Shown here: piece by piece, positions 34,601-46,600 of the stretch
Layout of the letters: every line of letters starts with the position of its first letter
Position numbering within the stretch: the first letter of the stretch is position 1
Source of the DNA: Podarcis bocagei
Lineage: Eukaryota
Assembly: GCA_964188305.1 (NCBI GenBank)
Contig: OZ076893.1
DNA length: 64,000 nt
Reading direction: 5' to 3' (one strand)
Position numbers and translations under genes: made by a program
The notes under the pieces: generated by a model
The model's database searches: none
Seen by the model: only the letters and a program-made list of their open reading frames with translations
What the model was told of the DNA's origin: nothing

Positions 34601-37600
34601 CCTTGTGCCCATCCATTCATCTCCGTAGAGGATTGGTAGGCAGGATTGGCCTGAGACTGCTGAATCATGGGACTCTGGGTATGAGCCATTCTTGGGGACA
34701 TCAGCGGACTTTGGGGAGTGGTAGCTCCAGTGAAGCCTGGATCGGCCTGCTGATTTATTCCTGGAAAACACAACAGGATTCTTACTCATGCTGCACACAA
34801 CAATTCAGCCAGAAGTATGTAATGGCTTGGAATGGCCTTCACTAGCAGTACAGCAGTAATGGAATCTATTTTGAGGGGACTTTTTTGGACAAGGACAAAA
34901 CAAGGCTACCATAAACTACAGTGAAAAAAATCCTGCTGAAGACTAATATCATCTTTTTTTGAGGTACCAAAGAAATGGGATAAAGTTCACGGCTTACTTT
35001 GTTTTGTGATATACAAATTTTAAGCAAAACTAATGGGTTTTTTTTGGTAGTTTTGTAATAAACCAGAAACATACTGTTTTGCATTTTGAGAATCCCAACA
35101 AGTTTAAATGCTACCATCACCCCCCCCAACCCAATTCCCAGTATCTCCAGATTCCAGATGGTGTGTCTCATCTGGGAGTCATATAAAGAACTGTAGGAAA
35201 GGAGCTGTGATCCAGGAGTTGAGACTATTGTGATGGATGAAAGGTGTTGAAATAAGTGCAATACCATAGTTTGGAGGAAATGGAAATTGCTGGGCATTTG
35301 CCTGGGGAATCCGCGGGTTGCTCATTGTTGCTGGTATGCCACCGGAGGCCACCATACTCGGCGTCATATTCATACTCTGTCCTCGCATCATCAGCGTTCG
35401 CTGCTGCACTTGCTGCTGCATCTGCCTATGCCTCAGGTGCTGGCTCAGGATCTCCCTCTGCCTCTGGGCTAGCATCTGGGAATTGATGGGTCCCTGCAGG
35501 GTAAGCAAAAAACTGCATCAACACATACGATTAGCAAGGCATTTCCATCAGCCTGGCTACTAAAAAAACAAAACCCTGGCAACTTTACAATAATCAGGTG
35601 AAGAGCTACCTTTCTGGCACATAACATATGAAGCTGTTTAATACCAGGCCAGACAGATTATTTATCTACCTAGCTCACTACTGTCTACTTGGAGTAGGGC
35701 TCAGGCACAGTTTTAACTAGAAATGCCATGGATTGAAGCGGCAACTTTTGCATGCGGCATATAAATGTGCTCTTCAGCTGGCCTATGAGCTCTCATTCTG
35801 GGGTGATAAATTCTAAAACAGATACACAGATTACCATATGAATTCCTAGAATAAGGCAATTTTTCTAAGTGATGTCTAAATTTGGTGTTGCTGAAGGCCC
35901 AAATTTTGAGCAGAAGTCCAGCTTGTACATAGCGGAGTGAGCAGGAGAGTCCCTGAAACAGCTGGATTGCTACATTTTGTAGTATGGGGAGTAAAACATA
36001 TTACCATCAAAAAATCGTGAACCCTGTAATACAATTAAGTCCAGAATCTAAATTTACTTATCCACACTACAGCCTAAAATCAGAGTGTGCACTTCTCACA
36101 TCCATAAATTGAATAAAGCAAGCTATGCTGATTTGAATAAAATTAAAAATAGCTCTCACGCTTTCTTTCTCAAGTTAAAAATATTCGTAAGCGGCACCTT
36201 TCTGACAAAAAGCATAAAACCTCTTGCAAGATCCTGAAAGCTTTCCACCATTTCAAGCTGTTTCAGATATGATGGAACAGGTTTTAAAACTCAGAGAAAA
36301 CGATGTCATCCCTACTTAGAATATTTGGATTCATTTAAAGATGTCTAGCCCAACAATACCTGGAGGGAGCCACATTGGCCACCTCTTATTCTTCAGGATA
36401 AATTCATATGCAACAAGAGTTGCAGGTTTCACTGCATGGTCTGTGGTCAGTTTGCATATGGCCTGCTTAGGGAACATAGAGAAATTCTCTGCCTCTCCAG
36501 AAGCATACACATAGAGCTTCTGGTACAGCATGAAAGAGCTTCACAATTTCCTGCTCCACAGATTAAACTGTGACTATAATATTCTTCGAGATGGAATTAG
36601 TCATTTCACCAAAAGCAAGGAAACAGAGCTGCGCAATGGCAATGTGTACAGTGACAGAGACTGCAACATCGGTAACATCAGTATAATATAGTAAAAAAAC
36701 ATGAACTACTAAGTTTTATAGAACATTTTATTTATTAATTAAATTCATTTCCTACCCTTCCTCTTAAAAGGAGCACACAAGTGACAGAACAATGAAAGTA
36801 GCTAAACAAAGAGGCAGACTGTGAAAGATCCCGTCTTTAAAAGGCTTGTTGCACCAAAAAGACAAAAGAGACGGTGCCTAATGTTTCATGGGAGGGAATC
36901 CAAAGGCCTTATTTTAAACTGTCTTGTGATCTTTGAATGAAGGACAGTATAAAAATGTAGTAGTAGTATTAATAATAATACCAATGTTGTACAGAAGGGA
37001 CCTGCTGATAAGATGATAAGTACAGGGATCAATTGGGTACATCAGAATAGAAACATTTTCAATACCTGTTCCCTCACCTGTGTAGGTACTCCAGGTCTCA
37101 GAGACAGATTCATATTGGAAACATTGCTGATCTGATTCATGAGTGGCTGGCGATTCTAGGGCAAGGGGAAAAACGGAATAAAGAAATCAGTCATATAAGG
37201 CAGTGTAAGAAAAATTCTGCTTTGATGGCAAGGTTTAGTTTTACGATACTGTGCTTCTTGAGGAAGAACTTTCTTATGGTAAGAGCTGTTCGAGATTGAA
37301 TGTTCTCCCCTGAAAGTGGTGGACTCCCCTTCATTGGAGGTTTTTAAGCAGAGGCTGGATGGCCATCTGTCATGGATGCTTTAAGCTGAGATTCTTACGT
37401 TGTCGGGGGTTGGACTAGATGACCCTTGGGGAACCTTTGAACTCTACAATTCTATGATTCTATGCATGCTGGTAAAAGCATCAACAGAGAGCATAAAAGC
37501 ATGAAATACCTGCTGTGCTTGAAGTCTATGCTGCAGCTGTAGCCTTAGCTGATTTGGCTGGTTTTGCACTATGCCAGCAGGCCTCAGGGCAGCCCTAGGC

Positions 37601-40600
37601 TGCATTCGCAGTGATGCATAGCCTGGTCGCTGCGCCATTGGGTGAAAGTTTGGGTCCTGCATTGGTGTGTAGTTGCCTTGGGCCATCTGAGCCTGAGATG
37701 CATACTGCTGTGTGAAAATGGGTGCCTTTTGTTCGAGGATGATGTTTGATTCCTGGCTTGAGAATGGCTCTGGTTCCACAGCTTGGCTCTGCTGAAACAA
37801 ACATCAAGATGTACATGAACATAGAATGCTTAAACAGTTATTGAGAAATATATGTTTTTATAAAGCAGAATAAAGATGTATGAAGCTGAGCAGCACAAAC
37901 TCATATTTGCTTTAACTCATTCTATGCTTCTATTACCATTTATTAGTACAGTGGTACCTCGGGTTAAGTACTTAATTCGTTCCGGAGGTCCGTACTTAAC
38001 CTGAAACTGTACTTAACCTGAAGCACCACTTTAGCTAATGGGGCCTCCTGCTGCTGCGCCACCGGAGCACGATTTCTTTTCTCACCCTGAAGCAAAGATC
38101 TTAACCCGAGGTAATATTTCTGGGTTAACGGAGTCTGAAACCTGAAGCGTATGTAACCCAAGGTACCACTGTACTTGTGACTCATTCAGAACTACAGTGG
38201 TACCTTGGTTCTCGAATGGAATCCGTTCTGGAAGTCCATTTGACTTCCAAAAACATTTGAAAACCAAGGTGTGGCTTCCAATTGGCTGCAGGAGCTTCCT
38301 GCATTCAATTGGAAGCCGCAGAAGCCACGTCGGACATTTGGCTTCCAAAGAATGTTCGCAAACTGGAACACGTACTTCTAAGTTTCCGGTGTTCGGGAGC
38401 CAAACCGTACGCGTACCAAAGCGTTCGAGAACCAAGGTATGACTGTAATTGAGGGAAAAAACTATGTGATAAACAGAGTCCTGGTTCAGATGCAAACAAG
38501 AAACTATTCTTGAGGAGCCTTGATGAGTCTGGGGGCTTGCACACTCCCCTCTTCTCTTCATTTTGTGCTCATGGAGATCAGAAGAAACCACAGTTTGATC
38601 CTGGATTTCCTCACAAGTGTAAGCAGTTTCCAAAGTTCAGATGCCGCTGCAAAGCACAGCTTGTATAAAAATTGAAGCCAAAGCTTCTGATACCCTCCTT
38701 GCAAGTGCGAGGACAGGGGAGACTGTGTGAAGATGAGGTTCATCGTTGCTCATTCACATGGTGGGAAATTAATATTTCCTGTCATGTTTGAGCTGGTTCA
38801 ATACAGGAGGCCCCTGCTCTAAACCATTCATATCTTGGGACTTCCGGGTTGGCGCCATCGCCGAATGGCGGACTCCCTCCGAGCTCCGGAGGGAGTCTGC
38901 TCGGCGGGGGCTGGGTCCTACCGCGCCGGCGACGCGGGGACCCTTAAAAACCACGGGCACGGAGCCCGTGGACATGGGGACTCGGCTGGCACCGCTAGCG
39001 CCCTCCCGACTCGTGAAGGAGCCTTTTTAAAGGCTTCGGATCGGGTGCCGGGGAGTGGCGTGGTGCTTTGAGTCTACCGCTTCCCCTGCCGAGCGCAGCC
39101 GCATGCCATTCGACGGAGAGCGCTGACTTCTTCCATTGGAAATTCGGACTATCAACAACAACCCGTGAGTAATTGGGAAACCGGGTACAAAAGGAGAAAA
39201 AAAGAATTTTTTTCGGATTCGGCACGAGCGGGGGTGATCTAAAAAGGAAGTCAGTCCCCCCCCCCCGATTGTAAACATTCTAAAACAAGGACTGGGTAAC
39301 CAAGATCGAAAGAGAAGTTTATTGCTGATAAAAATCATTAATTCCACGATGGGAAATTACAAGAACTGTGCTGGAGGAGAAGAGTGGAGGGTGAGAGGGA
39401 AAATGCAACCCCCCCTGGGAACCGGGGCGATTCGTAGAGCCTGGCAAAGAGAGACGGAGACTTTGACAGCTGTCAAAGTAGCTGTCAAAGCTGGAGAATA
39501 TAAAGAGGACTTTGTTACAAGGATTTTGCTGGCTAATTTTGTTACAATTTGACACAATATGGATATAAACTGTCGGAAAATAAGGAACAACAATTTGACT
39601 TTTGGATTAGAGGATACAAAGTTATTACAACCCCCCTAGAGGGGTTTCGGGACATTACAAGTGGTCGTACGTGGAAAATCACTCTGGGATTCGCACAGGA
39701 CTTATCTTCTGGGAAAGCTGCAAAACTGAAATAGTATTTTGTCTACAGAGGTGTTTACATTAAAAGGAGACAATAGAATTTTCTATTAAAGAAAGGAAGG
39801 GACTGGACGTAAGTTTTTGTTCCTGAACAACAAACCTCTGTAGAGATACCAGATCTCGGAATAAGAACGTTTTAGCAGCTGAACAAGACAAGAAACCTGA
39901 GAAAGTAAGGAATAAAAAGAACAAAGGACTAACTACGACACGGAAAGAACAATGGGAGGAGCAGCAAAGACCAAGGAAATTAAAGGCCTCTATTAGACTG
40001 GATTTTTGAAGTTAAACATCATTAAAATAAATAAATTAAAAGAAAACCGGCAAGGTGGAATGGGAAAAAATCTGGCCATGGACTTGAGACCTCCAGGCTG
40101 ACAACATATAGACTGATGGACATGGGGAATTCAAACCGGGGAAGGGAGGGGGGAGTTTTGGAATCCAAAGGCTATGTAACCATCTTTTTGAACCTTCTTA
40201 TATCTTTTATCTTCTATTTCTTTATATAACCTTTGTATATCATGGTATTTTGATTTGACATGTTTAAAAAAAGGGAATTCGTGGAAGGAAATTGGGGTAG
40301 ATCTTGGGGAAAAATCTTTTTTCTTTTTCTGTTAACGATGAGGGATGATGGTAAGATTGTATAATTTAAATTGGTTAATGGGTTAAACATATTAAGTTTT
40401 AAATTGGGAGTGAGAGCTTGTGGAACCAAATTAATGAAAGGGGAATATAGTCGGGAGGGGGAGGAGGGAGCCCTAGAAAGAAGGTAACGAAAGTAAGGAT
40501 TTAAATATATTCTATCTTTTCTTTTCTGTTATATTTCTATATTATTGGAAACTCTAATAAATATGATTTAAAAAAAATAAAAAATAAACCATTCATATCT

Positions 40601-43600
40601 TTTCTCTTAATTTTTTTTTAAAATCTTGCCTCAGATTGCAGTGGTGAACCAGGGTTGAACTGCTACAAGAAATACCTGATCAGCCCTACAAACATTTTCA
40701 TTTTTCTATTTTAAGGAAGTTGTGGAGTGCTCCAACTCTGATCAGAAGCTGGTGAAGAATTCCAGCAAGCAGAGTGATGGTACTCTGAGAGAGGAGTGCT
40801 TAACTCACCCTCCTCTCCACACACACTCCAGAACCATTTCCCCTGTTTAAATGAATCAGTAGTTTCTTTTGCTGGAGGTAAAACAAGAAAATAAGTTCTT
40901 TTGTGGTTCTCAGCAGGGCTAGAATCAGCTTTGGAGGGGAAGGATTTAGATTTAGAAGGAAAATCTTACAGAAGAAATGGTTAAAAAGTAAGTTACTTAA
41001 GAGTTCCTCTCACCTCACAGGTGCTTTTAAATTTAAATAAAATCTTTGGGAGGTCAGATCCCCTAAAATGCATTTGGAGGGTTTTTAAGAAGAAAGCATC
41101 ATAACCATAATACTCCAGAACATCTCTGTTGATGGACGTGACAAAAGAACTTGTAGGAGCTGTTGAAATATAACCTGAGGCATCCTGGGGTGTGGTGCAG
41201 TATAATATTGCTCCCAGGATCCCAAGTAACATTGGTAAAAGATGGCCCAGGAGTCCTTACCTCCTCATCCATACTCTAATATATGATGTTTCTGTCATTG
41301 GAATGACACTGAAGAGGGTGGTAGATTAGAGGCTGCTCCCATGAATGGACAAGGCTTCAGCTTGGCAAACAGGCAGCTTACCAGCTGCTTTACAAGAGAC
41401 TTCCAAAAGTAATACGGTCTGGAATACCTTGTACCACTGCTGACACACCTCAGGTTATATTTCAAGGTAAGAACTCCTGGGCCATCTTTTACCAATGTCA
41501 CTTGGGATCCTGGGAACAGTATTATACTGCAACACACCCCAGGAAGTCCTATCTTTAGCCTGACAAAGCAGGAGGTAAGTGACGCAGGTTAACACTCTAC
41601 CACTGCTTCAAGTGGTATTTGCTTGCAGGCTCTTGAGTCCAAACTTCCTTCCTGCTCCCTCCATTGTGTAGCAAAAGGCATGTTGTTCCCATACATATTG
41701 GGTAGGACTAGCTGCCAGGCTATAATTAAGACCTAAACGAACTCCTTCATCTCTCTGAGGCAGTTTGCCTAGGGATGGGAGTGGGAGTGAGATTACATGC
41801 AGAAGCTTCTCAAATTAAATTAATGGGAAACACTGCATTATCAATGAAATACTGTAATTTCCATAGTGTTAATATGTGGAGGGATATTTATAATTATTAC
41901 ATCTAGTCAACATTTGAAATCCATTTGAAAAAAGAAATCTCACTACTGAAATACCTTAGCTACATATATTTTCAGAAATGCTTAATAGCAGCACAATACC
42001 TGGCTAACTAGTTCTGGGATCCCAAGAGCTCTGTCAATTTCTTCCAGACCGTCAAAATTTCTTAGTGCCAAGTAAAGCTGGTCAAGGAGGGTCCCTTCAT
42101 CGTTTGGAGACTCTGATGCAGGGTGTTGACACAGCAAGTCATCCGGAGAGTTCCCAAATGGTTGCCTGAAAAAAGAAACAAGCAACTTGAAAGCAACTCA
42201 AGCAAGAACTCTCACCACCCAGAAGGCCCAAATTAGTTTAGGGAATTTAATACACACATTTTTATGTGTGTCAGCTCTGCAATGCTAATTGTACACAACA
42301 TAGTCTTTCTAAATTTTAGGCTCGAAAGCAGCTTTGGGGAACCCAAGAATCCCCAAATGTTGCTGGATTATAATTCCCATAATCCTGGGCAATTGACCAT
42401 GTTGGCTCGGGCTAATGGGAGCAGGAATCTAATGCCATCTGCCAGGTCACAGGGGCCCTACCCCTGTTCTAAAGCTTGCTTAGAAACAGGATGCCATTTT
42501 CTGTAGTAATCACTTTTAGCCTGATCAAAGACCAACCTTAAGAACCAAACAAAACCATGTATTTCCAAGTTTCCCTCAGTCATAAACCTAGGATTTTACA
42601 GATTTATTCCAAAGCTATGGCGAAGAAGCCATTTCTCCTTTCCAGCCTTTAGCACATGATTGCCCTACTTGCCAAACTCAATCAATCAGGGAAACGGCAA
42701 TGCCTAAGCCACGGTACTGATTTACACCAATACATTCTGTTCTTATGCATGACCATCTATTCTATTCTGACAGCTTAATTTTGTAAAAAGCTATATGACT
42801 AATGATAACCCTAATCAGATCATTTAAATCAGACAACACAGAAGCTGATGGTTTCTTTCCTTATTCTGTACCATATGCAGATCACTGCTTGTTCCCAATA
42901 ACATACCCACAAAAGATAGTGAAATTTAACGTGCTTTGTCCTCAAAGGTGATGAAATCAAACCACCCGTGTGAAAACAGAGTGGTAAATAATAAATGCCA
43001 ATGCGGTAATCGCATGAACAGAATAATTATTTAGGTTTTGTAAAAAATTAATTAGAATAACAAAATTAAAGGAAACAAGCAGCACTAAATGCATCACACA
43101 TGTGATGCAAAATTCAGTTAGTATTATATAATGATGAAATGGCTGAAATGAAGCAAAAAAAAAGCTCATTGGTATAGAGTGTCCCTGTAATTGTGAAATG
43201 CCTATTTTCCATTCACTTTTGAAGGCACGAAGCAGAACTGTATCAGTTGTGGCCTTTTATGTTATGGAACAGGACCACACATTCAGCAACAGACCAAGCA
43301 GCCACAAAGCAAAATGAATGAGAACACAATCTGGAGCAGAGAAGGAAGGCAAGAGAGAAAAACAGATTTCCCCCTGCTTGCTGTTTTTCCCTTGCAACCC
43401 TCTTCGGCTGCTTTTCTTCCAATGACACAGCGAACGGGTCTGCAGGAAGGAAGGGAAGATAAAAGTGGCAAGCACAGGGAAAGTGAAGATTCCTTCTCCC
43501 ACCTGCCACTTTTCTGTTGCAAACTGCACTCTCCCTCCGCAGCTATTCAGAAGGGACTTGGGTTCTCAGAGTCTTGACTTTTAATCTCGAGTTAAGTGTC

Positions 43601-46600
43601 CACTGTTCACCAAGGCTTTCACTTAATTTTTTCATTAGTCTGGTGCTATTTTTGTGTTATTTATCTGGATGAATTTTATTATTAAAATTTGGTATTGTTT
43701 TGATACTAAATTTGATAGGAGGCTTGTATGGTCCCCTTCAGAAAATCTTCTTTAAGGAGCATACACACAACTGCAACTAAAACTACAAATTATTTGTATT
43801 ATTTTCTTGCTATACAAAAGTTATTTTAAGGTACATCTTATGTCTTGAATTAATCAGACTCGCATTACTTATTCCATTCTATTAAAATTTTAGTTACATA
43901 TTGCCTTACTCAAGTTCCATTTTATATTGATTTCATTATCAAAATTCCATTTTACTTTTAAACTGGTAATGTAAGAATTTTAGAAGTTCTGAACAGTTAT
44001 TAATATATATTAATCTTACGTTTGTTATACGTTTGCTACAGATAAATACACTGCTCTTTTTTCTTTTTACTCACCATGAAGTTGTTACATACAGTAAGTA
44101 CCACACTTTTAACATTTGGGGGGAGGTGCAGGTACTGCATACCATTGAGTACCCCCAGGGGAAAAAAGCACTGGCTAAATTAAAAACAAAACAAAACACC
44201 ACTACAGCTTCAGGTAGAGTTCAACTTTTTAACACCACCTGGAATTCCTAGTTAAGCTGAACTTGTATCAAGGGGAAAATTCATACAGCTAATCCCAAAA
44301 GGAGCAAGGTAGGGTACAGTATACCACTTTCCTCCTCTAAACATGTCTACCTAACTGACAGTGCCTACATCCATCTACTTTCACTATTCTGATTCGGTGA
44401 AGTAAGGCTAGTCAAGGATGGCCAAGACACAATAAACAAATGTATTCAATATGTGCTTGCAAATGTGAAACTGTAAACTTTCCACCTGGATACAGTATAT
44501 AAATTGAAAGATGTACCAAAGACAACCATTAAATAAAAGACTTACCGGTTCTGATTGCCAAAAGATGTCTGATCTATGGGCAAGATGCTGTCTGGCCATG
44601 GGGCAGTCTGATTTGGAGGAGCCTGCTGCTGGGTATACTGGGGTCCTCCCATATTCATCTCTAGTTCAGAAGCCCCTGAAGAAAGGAAATCAATGATCTA
44701 TCACATCTCAATGGAACTGGTAATAACTCTTTTAAGAACAATAGCATTGTAAAGTTTGCTGCGCATACCATCTTTTTCTTACAACACTATTTATGCTTTA
44801 TACCCTTGAGGGATCTCTTTTTGCCTGTGGACACTGTGCTTGTGGCAGGACTTGATGGAGCCCAACATTGCAGTTCAGATAACAAACAACTCTACAACTC
44901 CTAAAGGAAATATAAATCTGTTCCACTGTGTTTACAGAAGTATTAAAAAAAATCATAGCACAAGGTATTCTCAAGGTCCCAATTCCTAAATACCATCTAA
45001 TTACACTTAGCTACTGTGGTCCTTAACGATGTCATCGTGCAAAACCTATTAAAAGCAGAACAGACTACGACCGTGCTCCAGCTTACCCATATTCATGACT
45101 TGAGATTGAAGCATCTGCCTTGGACCAGGTTGACTGTTAGGTCTCATAGGCAGGCTGGATGTTGGGTTACGTATCATGCCTCCTTGGATTGGCCTGTTCA
45201 TGGCACTCGCTGTTGGAGCACAGGTCACCCTCACAGCAGCACCTTGGGTTCCCCAATCTCCGGATGGCATGGTAGGCCGAGGAGCATTACTACCCATCAT
45301 CCCTACTAAAATAAACACAGAAAAGGTTAAATCAGGTATTGAGAGATGTACTAAACTAAGTTTTGATTGTTTTTTGGAAACTATTTTAGAAATTAGCATA
45401 CTAAATCAGATAGCATTTCAAATGCAATGCCTTCCTCCAAACCTCCTCCTCTCCAACACAGTCTTTTGATTATGGCGACTCTGTAGGTTAAATTTTTGAC
45501 CTGCATACCATTGAGTAGACACACCCATTATCTGCTTCCATGTAACAGATCCTTGTATTGACACAACTGTAATTTGCATGAACCGTTTATGATGGCAAAG
45601 GAATATGCTCTTTCAAAACTATTCCCAATAATCTATAGTTCTTTAATCATAAATCTAATGGCAGACATTATGTTTCAGAGAGCTCTGTAATAAAAATAAA
45701 TCTATGAGACATAAAGAACTTTCACATCTTTTGGAGAAAAATACTGGACTAATCTCATAGAAGGTAATGGAACTTGTTTCCAAGTAAACAGGATTGCATT
45801 TTAAGAAAGCAATCCTATGTACAATTTACATGGAACAAATCCTTCTGAACTCAGTAAGACTTACTTCCAAACAAATATGCACAGGACTGGGTTCTCAATC
45901 CCCAACTCTCAATAACTGCAGCAGTCCCAAATTTCATTTACTGATGGGGTGAGCGGTATCAGAGCCAGGTGCAATCACTATTCCTGCTCTTTTCTGTAGA
46001 GCTCTATCCATCCAAGGAATGATTTTATACGTTTGGATGATCTTGCTTCCCACAAGAAGTAGAAACCTTTTGCTCTAATCAAGCCAATGATAAAGTTCTC
46101 AAGATGGACTGGTGAGAAGGGGCATGGCAAGCTTCTGGCCTCCCAGCAGTAGTATCGCTGCTGCTTACTGGGAGGGAGAGGGGGGGGGGAGGTGAGTCCT
46201 GTGGCAATCCAGTGCTCCTGCTGTGGTGCAGTCGCATAACTCCAACCTCCCCTCTCCGGTAAGTGACAATAATGCCATTGCTGGGAGTCCAGTGATGCCG
46301 CTCCCCACTAGTCACTCCTGCAGATTCCAGTCCATGTGAAACATCACACAAAAAGAGAGTATTTAAGTTACCTGGGCTACTATTCCCAAGATTTCCTTGA
46401 TTTCCCATCATTCCTTGACTGCCCATCATTCCGGGCTGAGGTATGACTGAATATGGACTGTTGTTTCTTATGGGTGGGAAGGCTCCAGCACCTGGTGGGT
46501 TTTGCAATGCGATGTCAAGTTGTAAATTCTGGTTTGGTAACATCCTTCCCAGCTGAGCTTGCCTTGCATTGGTAAAAGCTAAATAGATGAAAAATAGTTG

